Source of the DNA: Tubiluchus corallicola
Taxonomy: Eukaryota; Animalia; Priapulida
Direction of reading: 5' to 3'
Assembly (NCBI GenBank): GCA_030141605.1
Contig: JAQGDQ010001099.1
Span: 1 to 62,784 of the forward strand
Length of the DNA stretch: 62,784 bases
The position numbers were made by a program, and so were the translations under genes. Each line of letters starts with the position of its first letter. The first letter of the stretch is position 1. This document shows, in pieces, positions 1 to 11,534 of the stretch. The notes under the pieces were generated by a model, which searched no databases, had not been told where the DNA came from, and saw only the letters and a list, made by a program, of their open reading frames with translations.

Positions 1-504
1 TATTGCTTTAGTCTTTACACTTACGCTTATGAGGTGACTAGTCGTATATTGCTCTAGTCTTTACACTTACGCTTATGAGGTGACTAGTCGTATATTGCTC
101 TAGTCTTTACACTTACACTTATAAGGTGACTAGTCATATATTGCTATAGTCTTTACACTTACGCTTATGAGGTGACTAGTCGTATGTTGCTCTAGTCTTT
201 ACACTTACGCTTATGAGGTGACTAGTCGTAAGTGTAAAGACTAGTTCTTCCATGACTAGCTCATGCTCTTGTAGAAAAAATTTCCTTAAATAAGTACAGA
301 ATTGCTGGGTGTCTGTTTATTACAAATTACGTACTTTAACCTTTGCATAGAGTTAAATGTACAGTATGAAACAGGTTTGCAAGGGCAGATCCATGCAACC
401 ATGAGTAAACATTTTTACTCCAGAAGAAGCGCAGTACTGGCGTAGCTCTCGACACGTGACCTCTGACCTCTCACGTAACTGTGACCTCTCTTACTTGCTT
501 GCAG

Positions 505-642
505 AGTAAGATCGATCGTCTGGAAAGCGGTTTGGAGAAGCTCCGCACGACGGCGCTGCAGGTGGACGAGTTGAAGGCGATACTCGCGGAGCAGGAAGTG
601 GAGCTGACGCAGAAGAACGAAGACGCGGACAAACTCATTCAG
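505..642 (+). CDS. Dynein exon [13 protein letters not shown]...ADKLIQ (stalk CC1); copies at 19468-19605(-), 43206-43343(+), 62143-62280(-)
   Basis: tgcag|AGTAAG ... CAG|gtgaaa, 138 nt. Confidence 0.9.
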
Positions 643-3600
643 GTGAAAAAGTTTTTTTTATACACCTTTTCCGCTCCGCAGTTTGAGTTGGAGTGCTCGG
701 TGGGCCGAATTTACGTGTAGGGGGACCAGAACGTATTTTGCTTTCAAGAATAATCCTTTAACCCTTTCACTACGGAAGGCGGCACACTGCTGCCTGGGTT
801 TTTCATGCAAGGGACGGAAGGCGGTAGACTGCCGCTCAAACTCAGTGCCGTTACCCAGGTCTGTTTACTTCACTGCAGCGGCCATGCAAAAACATTGGAG
901 AAAAGTTTAACAGCCCTGGGATTGGGGTTGCTTTGCTACAAGTAATGCTAACCAGCCAATCAGCATCTGAAGCCAGGTGCAGTCCACAATACTGTACTGT
1001 ATGGTATGTTCTCATGCAAAATCACTTGTAGATCGTTGATGAAACCTATAGTGTTTAGTTCATTGTTCTGCATTCTTATAAAATGATTGCATATTATAAA
1101 TTAGTAACATGACTTTTGTGAAAACTGGTTTCTAAATATAAGTACATGCTTATTTATGAATGTGTGCACGTGTGTGTGTGTGTGTTTGCGTGCATGCGTG
1201 CGTGTGTGTGTGCATGAGTTCATGTATGTGTGGTCACATGTGTAGAAACAAAACTAATATTTAATATTAGTACTCAATAACAAGCAACTATTTGTTTATT
1301 TACAAAATTCTGTTTTGGTAACACACCATAAGAAGTTATTGTCAAATGTGCAAAAGTCGGCGTGATGCAGTTAAAAAGCAACTACGTAGTGAAAGGGTTA
1401 AGATAAGACACGCAGCCAAGAGAGGTTGCTTACCTGTGTTCTGTTGTGTGCACGTGTCATTCTTTAGTGAAAGAAGTAGTCAGAAGTAGTAAATTAGATC
1501 AAACTCTCCAGGAACATTTTCCTCAGCTGTCACTAATCCATTTATTAGCCAGGCACAGCGATGCTTAAACTTGTCCACCTATCACACACGGTACCAGTTA
1601 GCTATTTACTTTGCTTTACTTGAAGTCAAAATATTGTTTTATAAAAGGACTTTTAAAGTTAATATACCTTTTATTGTTATTGGCATCCTTCTGTCTAGGA
1701 AGACAATGGAATGTGCGCCAAGAGAGTCCGATCCTTGAACGTCTCCAGGGCGCATGCCTGGGCAAGGTGTATGGAGATCCTGAGTTGCCCAGACCGCAGG
1801 AACCCCCTCTCTTCCTCTCTTGTGTAGTCCAAAGGAAAGCGGAGCGATACGTTTGGCACCAGGTTGGCTGCAGGAGCTGCCGGAGTCAGTGAGCATGCTG
1901 CACTGGTCCGCCTTGATTTGGAAGGTTTACTCCTCTACACATGGCCGTTGGGTCACTTGACCTCCTCTGCCCTCTAGCCGTTGGCTGCTTGTGCAGCTCC
2001 TGCGCCTAGTGTCAAGATACAATGTATGCATCCTTTTATAGCTGCATAATAAGTGTTTAAATCACTTTATACCTATTTTGTAAGATTTTGTACATACCTT
2101 TCTATAATACTGTTGCGGAGGCGGCCAAGAGGTCGAGGGTTCAAATCTAGGTCAGCCATGTTGCAGACAAATGTTGTAAATGAGAAAATACGCAAGAAAC
2201 ATCAAAATTTAAACAGAAAATTAAGATGAAAACTAGCCAGAACCTTTTCCTCATGCTGATCGTGACTACGGAACAGGTGCTTAGGTGGTAAACGTTCCTC
2301 TCCGTCTGCCGATTGAACGGGGGCAAAATGCAGTTTATTTTCGACCCCCCTCTACGTTGAGATGGTTTGATCCTTCACGAAGCCATTCGCATAGCTGCCA
2401 TACAGTGGTGATATGCAACAGCTTCATGTTGGATCGAACCATCACAACGTAGAGGCGGGTCGAAAATAAATTGCATTTTACCCGCGTAACAGTATATTAG
2501 CATATTTGTATAGAAGCTATTCTAAAAAACTTTTTAGTTGTAATTAGTTTATATTGGACTGCCATCCGCTCATAGCGGAGGCAGGACGGATCGCACCGCG
2601 GCCCACACCGTGCAGCATGTCTTAATTATGTCATTCAACGCTTCACCCATAAACAAAGATTGAATAATAGAGTCAGTCGAAATGACAATTTATTATTGAA
2701 TTTTACACGTTAAATAAGGAACGACCAGCTTACCTACAGGAACAGAGTTTGCGAGAAAAGCCTGAGAAATGTGAACAGAGCTGCACATGCTACGAAAGAC
2801 ATGACCACTGACAAGGATCTACAGAGCAGACCTTCCCTTTTATAAGCTCAGGTGTGCGTGTGACTAGTGGCTTTTACTAACACAAGGTCAGAATACGAGT
2901 CTGTGCTAGATAAAGCCACGTTCACATGCACACCCGAGCAGTCTACTGTATTCCCCTGCCAGCATTACATTTCATTTCATCACAGCCCTGTAGTACAAGA
3001 TGTTTTTATACATTTGCCATTTCTCGGCCGTGCATTAAACGGACGCTAAATTTCTTCACAATGCATTAAACAGGTGGTCGCCGTGGAGACGGAGAAGGTG
3101 AGCAAAGAGAAGGCAATCGCCGACGAGGAGGAGAAGAAGGTTGCCATCATCAACGAGGAGGTGGCCAAGAGGCAGAAGGAGTGCGAACAGGAGCTAGCCC
3201 TTGCCGAACCTGCCCTTATTGCTGCCCAGGAGGCGTTGAACACTCTTAACAAGGTGCGCCTGTGGACGATGGAGTTTTTTTATTTCAATTTTTTTTTGAT
3301 TGTTTTTTTGTCTTGTTTCCTTCAGGACCGTAAGAGTTCATGAAAAACTGCAAGAGTTCATGAAAAACTGCAAGGGTTCATGAAAAACTGCAAGAGTTCA
3401 TGAAAAACTGCAAGGGTTCATGAAAAACTGCAAGAGTTCATGAAAAACTGCAAGAGTTCATGAAAAACTGTGAGGGTTCATGAAAAACTGCAAGAGTTCA
3501 TGAAAAACTGCAAGAGTTCATGAAAAACTGCAAGGGTTCATGAAAAACTGCAAGAGTTCATGAAAAACTGCAAGGGTTCATGAAAAACTGCAAGGGTTCA

Positions 3601-6600
3601 TGAAAAACTGCAAGGGTTCATGAAAAACTGCAAGGGTTCATGAAAAACTGCAAGAGTTCATGAAAAACTGCAAGGGTTCATGAAAAACTGCAAGGGTTCA
3701 TGAAAAACTGCAAGAGTTCATGAAAAACTGCAAGGGTTCATGAAAAACTGCAAGAGTTCATGGAAAACTGCAAGAGTTCATGAAAAACTGCAAGGGTTCA
3801 TGAAAAACTGCAAGAGTTCATGAAAAACTGCAAGAGTTCATGAAAAACTGCAAGAGTTCATGAAAAACTGCAAGGGTTCATGAAAAACTGCAAGAGTTCA
3901 TGAAAAACTGCAAGAGTTCATGAAAAACTGCAAGGGTTCATGAAAAACTGCAAGAGTTCATGAAAAACTGTAAGGGTTCATGAAAAACTGCAAGGGTTCA
4001 TGGAAAACTGCAAGAGTTCATGAAAAACTGCAAGAGTTCATGAAAACTGCAAGGGTTCATGAAAACTGCAAGGGTTCATGAAAAACTGCAAGAGTTCATG
4101 AAAACTGCAAGGGTTCATGAAAAACTGCAAGAGTTCATGAAAAACTGTAAGGGTTCATGAAAAACTGCAAGAGTTCATGAAAACTGCAAGGGTTCATGAA
4201 AAACTGCAAGAGTTCATGAAAAACTGCAAGGGTTCATGAAAAACTGCAAGAGTTCATGGAAAACTGCAAGAGTTCATGAGAAACTGCAAGAGTTCATGAA
4301 AAACTGCAAGAGTTCATGAAAAACTGCAAGGGTTCATGAAAAACTGCAAGGGTTCATGAAAAACTGCAAGGGTTCATGAAAAACTGCAAGAGTTCATGAA
4401 AAACTGCAAGAGTTCATGAAAAACTGCAAGAGTTCATGAAAAACTGCAAGAGTTCATGAAAAACTGCAAGAGTTCATGAAAAACTGCAAGAGTTCATGAG
4501 AAACTGTAAGGGTTCATGAGAAACTGCAAGAGTTCATGAAAAACTGCAAGGGTTCATGAGAATCTGCTCTCACTAAGCAGCGATTACGTTATATTTGATA
4601 ATTTTTGTAGGTTTCTACTCCTCACACAATGGATTTTCATGCAAAATTATCAATGAAATACGTTTGCTCACCTTAGACAAATTAAAAATCAATTTTTCAC
4701 GGAAAAAAATGCACAAAGCTTTCAATAACTGCAATGTTTGCACTGTAACAATGTACAGTATCACTCCTGTGAAATCGGCAAATGTAGAAAATTTCAACTA
4801 TCCAGACACAACACTCTGATTCACTTTAGCCTCAAATCTACTGTATTTTTAAGGAGAAATTCCTGTTAAAAGATGAAACGACCTGTATTTCTCCTTGGCT
4901 GATCGATTGGTTTTTCCTGGAATAGCAGCAGAACACTGCACAGCTTGGTCTGTAGCAAGCAGGTGATCAATAAAATAGTGTGTACGATCACGCAAGTGTA
5001 CACCAGGCTAAGGTACTCAATAGACTAGCTAATCAAGCAAGTGTACACCAGACTAAGCTACTCAATAGACTAGCTAATCAAGCAAGTGGACACCAGACTA
5101 AGCTACTCGATAGGCTAGCTAATCACGCAAGTGGACACCAGACTAAGCTACTCGATAGGCTAAGTTGGAGTGCTTGAAGAGGGCGTTTTTTTCTTAATGT
5201 TATTCAATAAAATCACTTATAAATGTTTAAACAAATAGCAGGATTGGATAGCCAAGATTCTCCTGAATAGAACAGTTACATAATTTGTAATCATTTAGTT
5301 ATGTCTGGGCTCATACAGTAGCAGAAAAGTCCTAATCTTTTAAGAACAATTTTGAACGGTGCGGTCCTGAACGAGTTAAAAAGAGCTCGACACAAATGAC
5401 ATTTCTCACCCCAGTCAGCCATAATAAGAATTCCAATGCAGAGTGTATCAATCAAAGTGTTCAGTATGTGCAACGGCCGTAAATATTCCTTAAGGCAATA
5501 AAAGGCGTTCGAATTGAAAATTTTCACCGATGCTCGATCTCGAAGATTTCTCCTGAAATAAATTTTTGTTCTGAATGCATTTGTAATAAACCTGAATTAA
5601 ACCTTTTCTCGTTGGTGTCTAATACGGTTGACATAAATACTTTTCATTGATCTGTCCAAAAATTCTTTTTGGGTTTAATTTTGACTTCCCACAATCACAA
5701 CTTTCAACTCACCCCTGGTAGCGGCAATTGTAAAGCCGCCATATCGGTTGGGATTGGATCGGATCGGCCAATTGGTAAAAGTATTCGGATCGGATTAGAA
5801 CACAAGTTTCCATGGTAACATCCGGCACATCCCTGGTAACTGGCCAGGTGCGATACGGCACGTGAAATTACTCGAAAACAGTTTTTGCCACAATCACCAA
5901 TCCATTTACTCATTAGACTTGATGTTGCTCGACTTCTCTCACTGAATAAATATCACGATCACTCGGTTATTCACAATGCAGTAAAATTATTTGCCATTTC
6001 TTGTTCCAGAACAATCTGACAGAACTGAAGTCATTCGGCACTCCGCCGCCCATCGTCGTCAGCGTCGCCGCTGCCGTCATGTGCCTACTCGCTCCGAACG
6101 GAAGAGTGCCGCGCGACAGAAGCTGGAAAAATGCCAAACTGATGATGCAAAGGGTATGTAACGTGTTGTTACATGTTTTACGAAGACTAATGAGGTAATC
6201 AGTGTAATTACTGAGGTAACTCACATCTCGGTTTGCCGGACTAAAGTGGGGAGAAAAATGTTTCACAAATATTCAACAGGAAAGATATTCCACGAGCGTG
6301 TTGCATGTGTTTACGAAAGCGAAAATCGAAGTACAGTGTTACTGTAAGATATTCAGCGCGTTGTACTAAAACTAGGCAAGTTTTAAGATAAAAATTCAAA
6401 TTTCAAGTTTAACCCCATTCGGCTCGTGCAACGAAAAATGGCGGTTCTTCAAGTTTAATACTGCTAACAACAGAATTATAAAAAATAAAATAAGTTTTAC
6501 AGTAAGTTTATAATAAAATAAATTGAATATTCGTATGAGAGTAGGATTTTAAGTTGTAAAAGCTTACATGTGTGCTTGCATATCAAAATCACCCATAAGT

Positions 6601-9600
6601 TGGCAATTAAGTTTTTCTAGTTTTTTTCTAGAATCTTCATTTCATGAGGATCATTTTGATACCAAGTTCATCACTCTATGTTATTTGTAACCTGAGATAA
6701 TCCACGTTGAAGTTGAGGTGCAGGCTGCACATTGAAAAACATGATCTTGAGAAAATCATTGTTAAAGTCAGCCATTGTTTTTTGTCGCGTCTTTACAAAA
6801 CACTTAGTAACCGTGCAACAAATATTGGTTGCTATGGACTTTGTAAGAACACATTGATGTTATGTTTAAATGCTGTAGATGTCTCTTCCTGACAAAAAAT
6901 CCGAAGCAAAATGGCTGCTTCCACGAGCTTCTATCAGAGTTTGAAAATACAAGTTTTTTTACAATTGCTGTACTAGTTTCTACTCTGAAAAGTGAGTATG
7001 AGATTATAAGATTAAATTTTTAGTATTTTTTGGACATTTTCTTGACAATTTGATGCTAGAATATAAAAGTCCAATATATTTAGCATTTATTTTTGTAAAA
7101 AACAAAAAATTGACATTTCAGCAAATTTTTGGTGCATTCAACTTTGAAGCGTCATAACATAGTTTTAATTAAGCCGACTTGTGGACGGTTTTGGTTTGCA
7201 AGCAGACATTATAGCGAAGGTGTCAGTTTGACACTAAATTTACCGATGATGCGTAAGAGGCTTTTTGTGCTAAACAATAACGATGTGCATTGTTTCATGA
7301 CAGTGCTAAACAATAACGATGTGCATTGTTTCATGACAGTTCTAAACAATAACGATGTGCATTGTTTCATGACAGTGCTAAACAATAACGATGTGCATTG
7401 TTTCATGACAGTGCTAAACAATAACGATGTGCATTGTTTCATGACAGTGCTAAACAATAACGATGTGCATTGTTTCACGACAGTGCTAAACAATAACGAT
7501 GTGCATTGTTTCACGACAGTGCTAAACAATAACGATGTGCATTGTTTCACGACAGTGCTAAACAATAACGATGAGCATTGTTTCATGACAGTGCTAAACA
7601 ATAACGATGTGCATTGTTTCATGACAGTGCTAAACAATAACGATGTGCATTGTTTCATGACAGTGCTAAACAATAACGATGTGCATTGTTTCATGACAGT
7701 GCTAAACAATAACGATGTGCATTGTTTCACGACAGTGCTAAACAATAACGATGTGCATTGTTTCACGACAGTGCTAAACAATAACGATGAGCATTGTTTC
7801 ACGACAGTGCTAAATGATAACAATGTGCATTGTTTCACGACAGCGCTAAACGATAACAATATGCACTGTTTCACGACAGCGCTAAACAATAACAATGTGC
7901 ACTGTTTCACGGCAGTGCTAAACAATAACAATGTGCATTGTTTCACGACAGTGCTAAACGATAACAATATGCACTGTTTCACGACAGCGCTAAACAATAA
8001 CAATATGCACTGTTTCACGGCAGTGCTAAATAATGTGCAATGTTTCATGATACAATTTTATCTAATGATTGCTAGGTTGATTTTTTTCTGGATCAGCTAA
8101 TTAACTACGACAAAGAAAACATACCCGAGAGTAGCCTAAAAGCTGTAAACGAGTACTTGGCCCTTCCTGGCTTCAAGCCGGAGATCGTCCTGACGAAATC
8201 GTTTGCCGCAGGAGGTAAAGAGTTTTCGTTTCACGTTCCGCTTGCTAAAAATCCGTTTTTGTTTTCGCGAAACCGCCCGAAATTTAGGTGGACGGATTTC
8301 TGGACCAGCTGATCACCTACGACAAGGAGAACATCCACGAGAACTGTCTGAAGGCGGTGGCGGCGTACATTGCCGATCCGGACTTCAATCCCGAATTCGT
8401 CTCCGGGAAGTCGTTCGCTGCGGGAGGTACTCAGGCCGACTTTCTCTAGAAATGACTGCACCTATTCACTTCTTCTTCTTCTTCCCAGCTTTTCCCTATG
8501 CGGGGTCGCCATACTGCACCTATTCACTGCATCCCTGAAAGCACAACTTTGTGTCCAAAACCTCTATACTCCGCAACTCACGCCTTGTATTACGCCTCAC
8601 ATTGCGTACACCACGCCTCGTACCTCACTGAGTTCCCCACATTTCACAGCGTGAGATACTTGATCCAGGCTTTTCCAGGAATTATTCCCACGTCCGTAAG
8701 CTCACAAATTCATGTCCCCTACCTTTGCAATCCACGACTCATTTCAATCTGTATTACACCTCACATTGCGTATACCACATCTCACACCGCACGTGCCGCA
8801 CTTCACATTGTGTTCCCCGCGCCTCACTTTGTTTACCACGCTTCACAGCCGGAGATACGTGATCCAGCTTTTTCCTGAATGTTATGTCTGTGTGCTCACA
8901 ACTTTATAACCTATACCTTTTCAATCCACAATGCATTCCTTTCTATATTATACCTCACTCTGTGTTCCCCACGCCTCTCTCTGTCTCTCCTACATCTCAC
9001 ACTACATACCTGTACTTCAAGCTATACCTGACATTTTACACCATTACTCTGCACTAAAGTTATTTACTTATATATCCCACCATGTTATACTTTCAAGCTA
9101 TACCTGACATTTTACACCATTACTCTGCACTAAAGTTATTTACTTATATATCCCACCATGTTATACTTTCAAATTACAAATGATTCCACATTACGGGGGT
9201 TTTCATGATGGATGTCTCTAGAATTCTCTTAAGTTACATTGTCAACCATGTCAACTGACTGTAAACAGTCAACCTCGGATATAAGGGACACCTCCGGACC
9301 GGAAAAAACCGTCCTTTATATCCGACGTCCCTTATAGCCGAAGTTGAGTCAGACCGAGCGTGTATCTAGACCTGTACTTTTACCCATATTTCTATGGATT
9401 ATTGCTACACATTCAGTGCAAACGGCATGTAGGAAGCTCCTTCAGTGATGCGAGATGTATGTGACCGCGGAAACCGAGCTGTTCGAAGGCCGAGTTTGCC
9501 AAAAATTGAGGTTAAAAATCGATCAATTTCACATTGATCATAGGCTCCCTTATATGCGAGGTAAATTAGCTGGGTTTCTATTACGCGGGACCTGAAGATA

Positions 9601-10922
9601 TCATCCCTTAGAACCGAAAGTCCCTTACATCCGAGTATCTTATATACAACAATACGAAAAATTGGGACCAGTGTTGGTGGTCCCTTATATCCGAGTACCT
9701 TATATACGAAGATTTTTATAAGGAAAAACGTTACGAACAATCGGGACCGGTGTTGGTGGTCCTTTATAAGCGAATACCTTATACCCGAGGTTGACTGTAT
9801 ATGATTTTGTGATGATTTCTATGCATCGACTTTCCTCTCTTCGGCTGCCTGTCTTTGCACATCTTACTAGGACGCTTCACGATCAATACTCTCTTTTCTT
9901 CTGCATGCTTATATTGCCTCCTTGCTACCATGACCTTGAGTAGTTGCTAAGCAAACGGGATTTTGTTTTTTATGTAAACGTTTTTTACAGGCACATAAAA
10001 ACATTTACAGTCAATCAACCTCTGGTATAATGTACTCGTTTATAAGGGACGCTCGCTTAGAAGGGACCACATCGACAGATCCCGATTTTTCGTAACATTT
10101 TTCCTATGTAAAAATCTTTGTATATAAGGTACTCAAATATAAGGAGTTTCGCTTATAAGGGACCACATTGACAGATCCCGATTTTTCGTAACATTTTTCG
10201 TATGTAAAAGTCTTTGTATATAAGGTACTCGGTTGTAAGGGACGATATCTTCAGGTCCCGCGAAATAGAAACCCAGGTAAATTACCTCGCATATAAGGAA
10301 CCCTATGACCAAAGCGAAATTGATCGATTTTTAACATCAATTTTTCGCAAATTCCGCATTCGAACAGCTCGGTTTCCGTGGTCACGTACATCTCGCATCA
10401 CTGAAGGAGCTTCCTACTTACCTTTTGCACTGAATGTGTAGCAATAATCCATAAAAATATGGGTAAAAGTACAGAAAAGTACAGGTCTAGATACACCCTC
10501 GGTCTGACTAAACTTCGGCTATAAGGGACATCGGATATAAGGGACGGTTTTTTCTGGTCCCGAGGTGTCCCTTATATCCGAGGTTGACTGTATTTAGAAA
10601 AGAACACAAAACTATATTAAAAAACATGCTTATCAGTTAGTGTATTTGTGCTTGTGCACATTGGAAGCCGTAATCTTAACGATTTTTTGTTCAAAGCTGT
10701 TAACGATAAAATGACAGTTTCGCCGCGCATCGCCCCGTTGTTCTGACCGCTGTCCGACTTACGAATGCTGGCTGTTTAGGTCTTTGTTCGTGGGTGATAA
10801 ACATCGTCAAATTTTACGACGTCTACTGCGAAGTGGAACCGAAGAGAATCGCTCTTCAGCAGGCGAACGACGAGTTGACAGCAGCGCAGGAGAAACTGGC
10901 CAGCATCAAGAAACATCTACAG
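505..10922 (+). CDS. DNAH9/11/17-like: Axonemal dynein heavy chain fragment, copy 1 (stalk/MTBD exons), partial
   Basis: AG/GT-bounded in-phase exons 505-642, 3074-3253, 6010-6153, 8076-8214 or 8288-8426, 10780-10922; [39 protein letters not shown] are typical dynein stalk motifs. Confidence 0.92.
762..1397. mobile_element. piggyBac-type non-autonomous element (MITE); copies at 18709-19348, 43463-44102, 61387-62023
   Basis: 13-bp TIR CCCTTTCACTACG...CGTAGTGAAAGGG flanked on both sides by TTAA (758-761, 1398-1401); no transposase. Confidence 0.82.
2320..2483. mobile_element. ~165-bp imperfect foldback (small MITE-like hairpin), present in all four copies
   Basis: AAAATGCAGTTTATTTTCGACCC...CTCTACGTTG pairs with CAACGTAGAG...GGGTCGAAAATAAATTGCATTTT. 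Confidence 0.65.
3074..3253 (+). CDS. Dynein exon VVAVETEK...ALNTLNK (CC1 into MTBD); copies at 16871-17050(-), 45761-45940(+), 59531-59710(-)
   Basis: aacag|GTG ... AAG|gtgcgc, 180 nt. Confidence 0.92.
3330..4562. repeat. 20-bp tandem satellite; also ~15558-16793, ~46018-47252, ~58222-59453
   Basis: Unit CAAG(A/G)GTTCATGAAAAACTG, about 60 copies. Confidence 0.97.
4986..5165. repeat. 45-bp minisatellite, about 4 units (also ~57620-57800); a single unit in copies 2 and 3
   Basis: Unit CAAGCAAGTGTACACCAGACTAAGCTACTCAATAGACTAGCTAAT. Confidence 0.88.
6010..6153 (+). CDS. Dynein exon [13 protein letters not shown]...AKLMMQR (MTBD); copies at 14114-14257(-), 48561-48704(+), 56631-56774(-)
   Basis: tccag|AAC ... 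AGG|gtatgt, 144 nt. Confidence 0.92.
6568..7209. mobile_element. ~640-bp TIR element (non-autonomous DNA transposon, family unassigned); copies at ~13058-13700, ~49119-49760, ~55575-56217
   Basis: Imperfect TIRs ATGTGTGCTTGCATATCAAAATCACCCATAAGT / ACTTGTGGACGGTTTTGGTTTGCAAGCAGACAT; an independent diverged copy at ~32203-32845. Confidence 0.7.
7267..8050. repeat. 36-bp tandem satellite; also ~12362-13000, ~49818-50457, ~54735-55518
   Basis: Unit GTGCTAAACAATAACGATGTGCATTGTTTCATGACA; source of the spurious 231-323 aa ORFs. Confidence 0.97.
8076..8214 (+). CDS. Candidate alternative MTBD exon A: [46 protein letters not shown]; copies at 12197-12335(-), 50483-50621(+), 54570-54708(-)
   Basis: gctag|GTT ... 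GGAG|gtaaag, 139 nt, open frame, paralogous to the next exon. Confidence 0.82.
8288..8426 (+). CDS. MTBD exon B: [46 protein letters not shown]; copies at 11985-12123(-), 50695-50833(+), 54358-54496(-)
   Basis: tttag|GTG ... GGAG|gtactc, 139 nt; [14 protein letters not shown] is typical of beta-type axonemal dyneins. Confidence 0.9.
9266..9797. mobile_element. Tc1/mariner (pogo-like) MITE; mirror copy 52999-53530
   Basis: TIR CAGTCAACCTCGG...CCGAGGTTGACTG, TA on the right flank, TATAAGGGAC subterminal repeats. Confidence 0.8.
10008..10590. mobile_element. Second copy of the same MITE, opposite orientation; mirror copy 52206-52788
   Basis: TA|CAGTCAA...GGTTGACTG|TA; ~10210-10590 is the reverse complement of ~9266-9650 with scattered substitutions. 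Confidence 0.8.
10780..10922 (+). CDS. Dynein exon [30 protein letters not shown]...KKHLQ (end of MTBD, CC2), in the left inner spacer
   Basis: tttag|GT ... CAG|gtaacg, 143 nt; completes the split Gly codon of exon A/B. Confidence 0.92.
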
Positions 10923-11120
10923 GTAACGTGTTAATGCCAGTGTGTCTACAGGTAACGTGTTAATGCCAGTGTGTCTACAGGTAACGTGTTAATGCCAGTG
11001 TGTCTACAGGTAACGTGTTAATGCCAGTGTGTCTACAGGTAACGTGTTAATGCCAGTGTGTCTACAGGTAACGTGTTAATGCCAGTGTGTCTACAGGTAA
11101 CGTGTTAATGCCAGTGTGTC
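10915..11120. repeat. 29-bp minisatellite, about 7 units, starting at a splice donor; mirror ~51677-51880
   Basis: Unit AGGTAACGTGTTAATGCCAGTGTGTCTAC. Confidence 0.93.
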
Positions 11121-11145
11121 GCTGGGATTCTAGTAGAAAAGTGTC

Positions 11146-11410
11146 TATGATGATGATGATGACAATGGTGATTTAGATTTATTCATCCATTTAGCACAAT
11201 GTAACAAAATACGAGTTATACGATTACGAATTAACAATGCATTGCAGTGCTATGATGACATAAACAACAACAACAAATAAACAAATACGTTAATAATGTG
11301 AGAAGATGATAATGATGCTGATGATGATAATGATGTTGTTGTTGTTGATGATGATGATGATAATGATGTTGTTGTTGTTGATGATGATGATGATGGAGAT
11401 GATGATGACG

Positions 11411-11457
<47 letters not shown>

Positions 11458-11488
11458 GATGCTGATGATGATGATGTTGTTGTTTTGA

Positions 11489-11534
<46 letters not shown>

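Noticed and set aside
1-245. Terminal repeats as telomeres
   Set aside because: They are the intronic 46-bp satellite, also present internally; no telomeric motif
1611-2010. GC-richer intronic stretch with 85-93 aa ORFs
   Set aside because: No recognisable domain, and the dynein frame is complete without it; possibly a decayed element
7129-8100. 323/279/275/231-aa repetitive ORFs ([12 protein letters not shown])n
   Set aside because: Translation of a 36-bp intronic satellite that happens to lack stops on both strands; no coding evidence
8203-8538. ORF-track proteins overlapping the MTBD exons
   Set aside because: Wrong frames; the dynein frame is defined by splice sites and motifs
9405-10441. 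Similar 111-aa and 75-aa ORFs as a small gene family
   Set aside because: They lie inside the two MITE copies; no transposase or other recognisable motif
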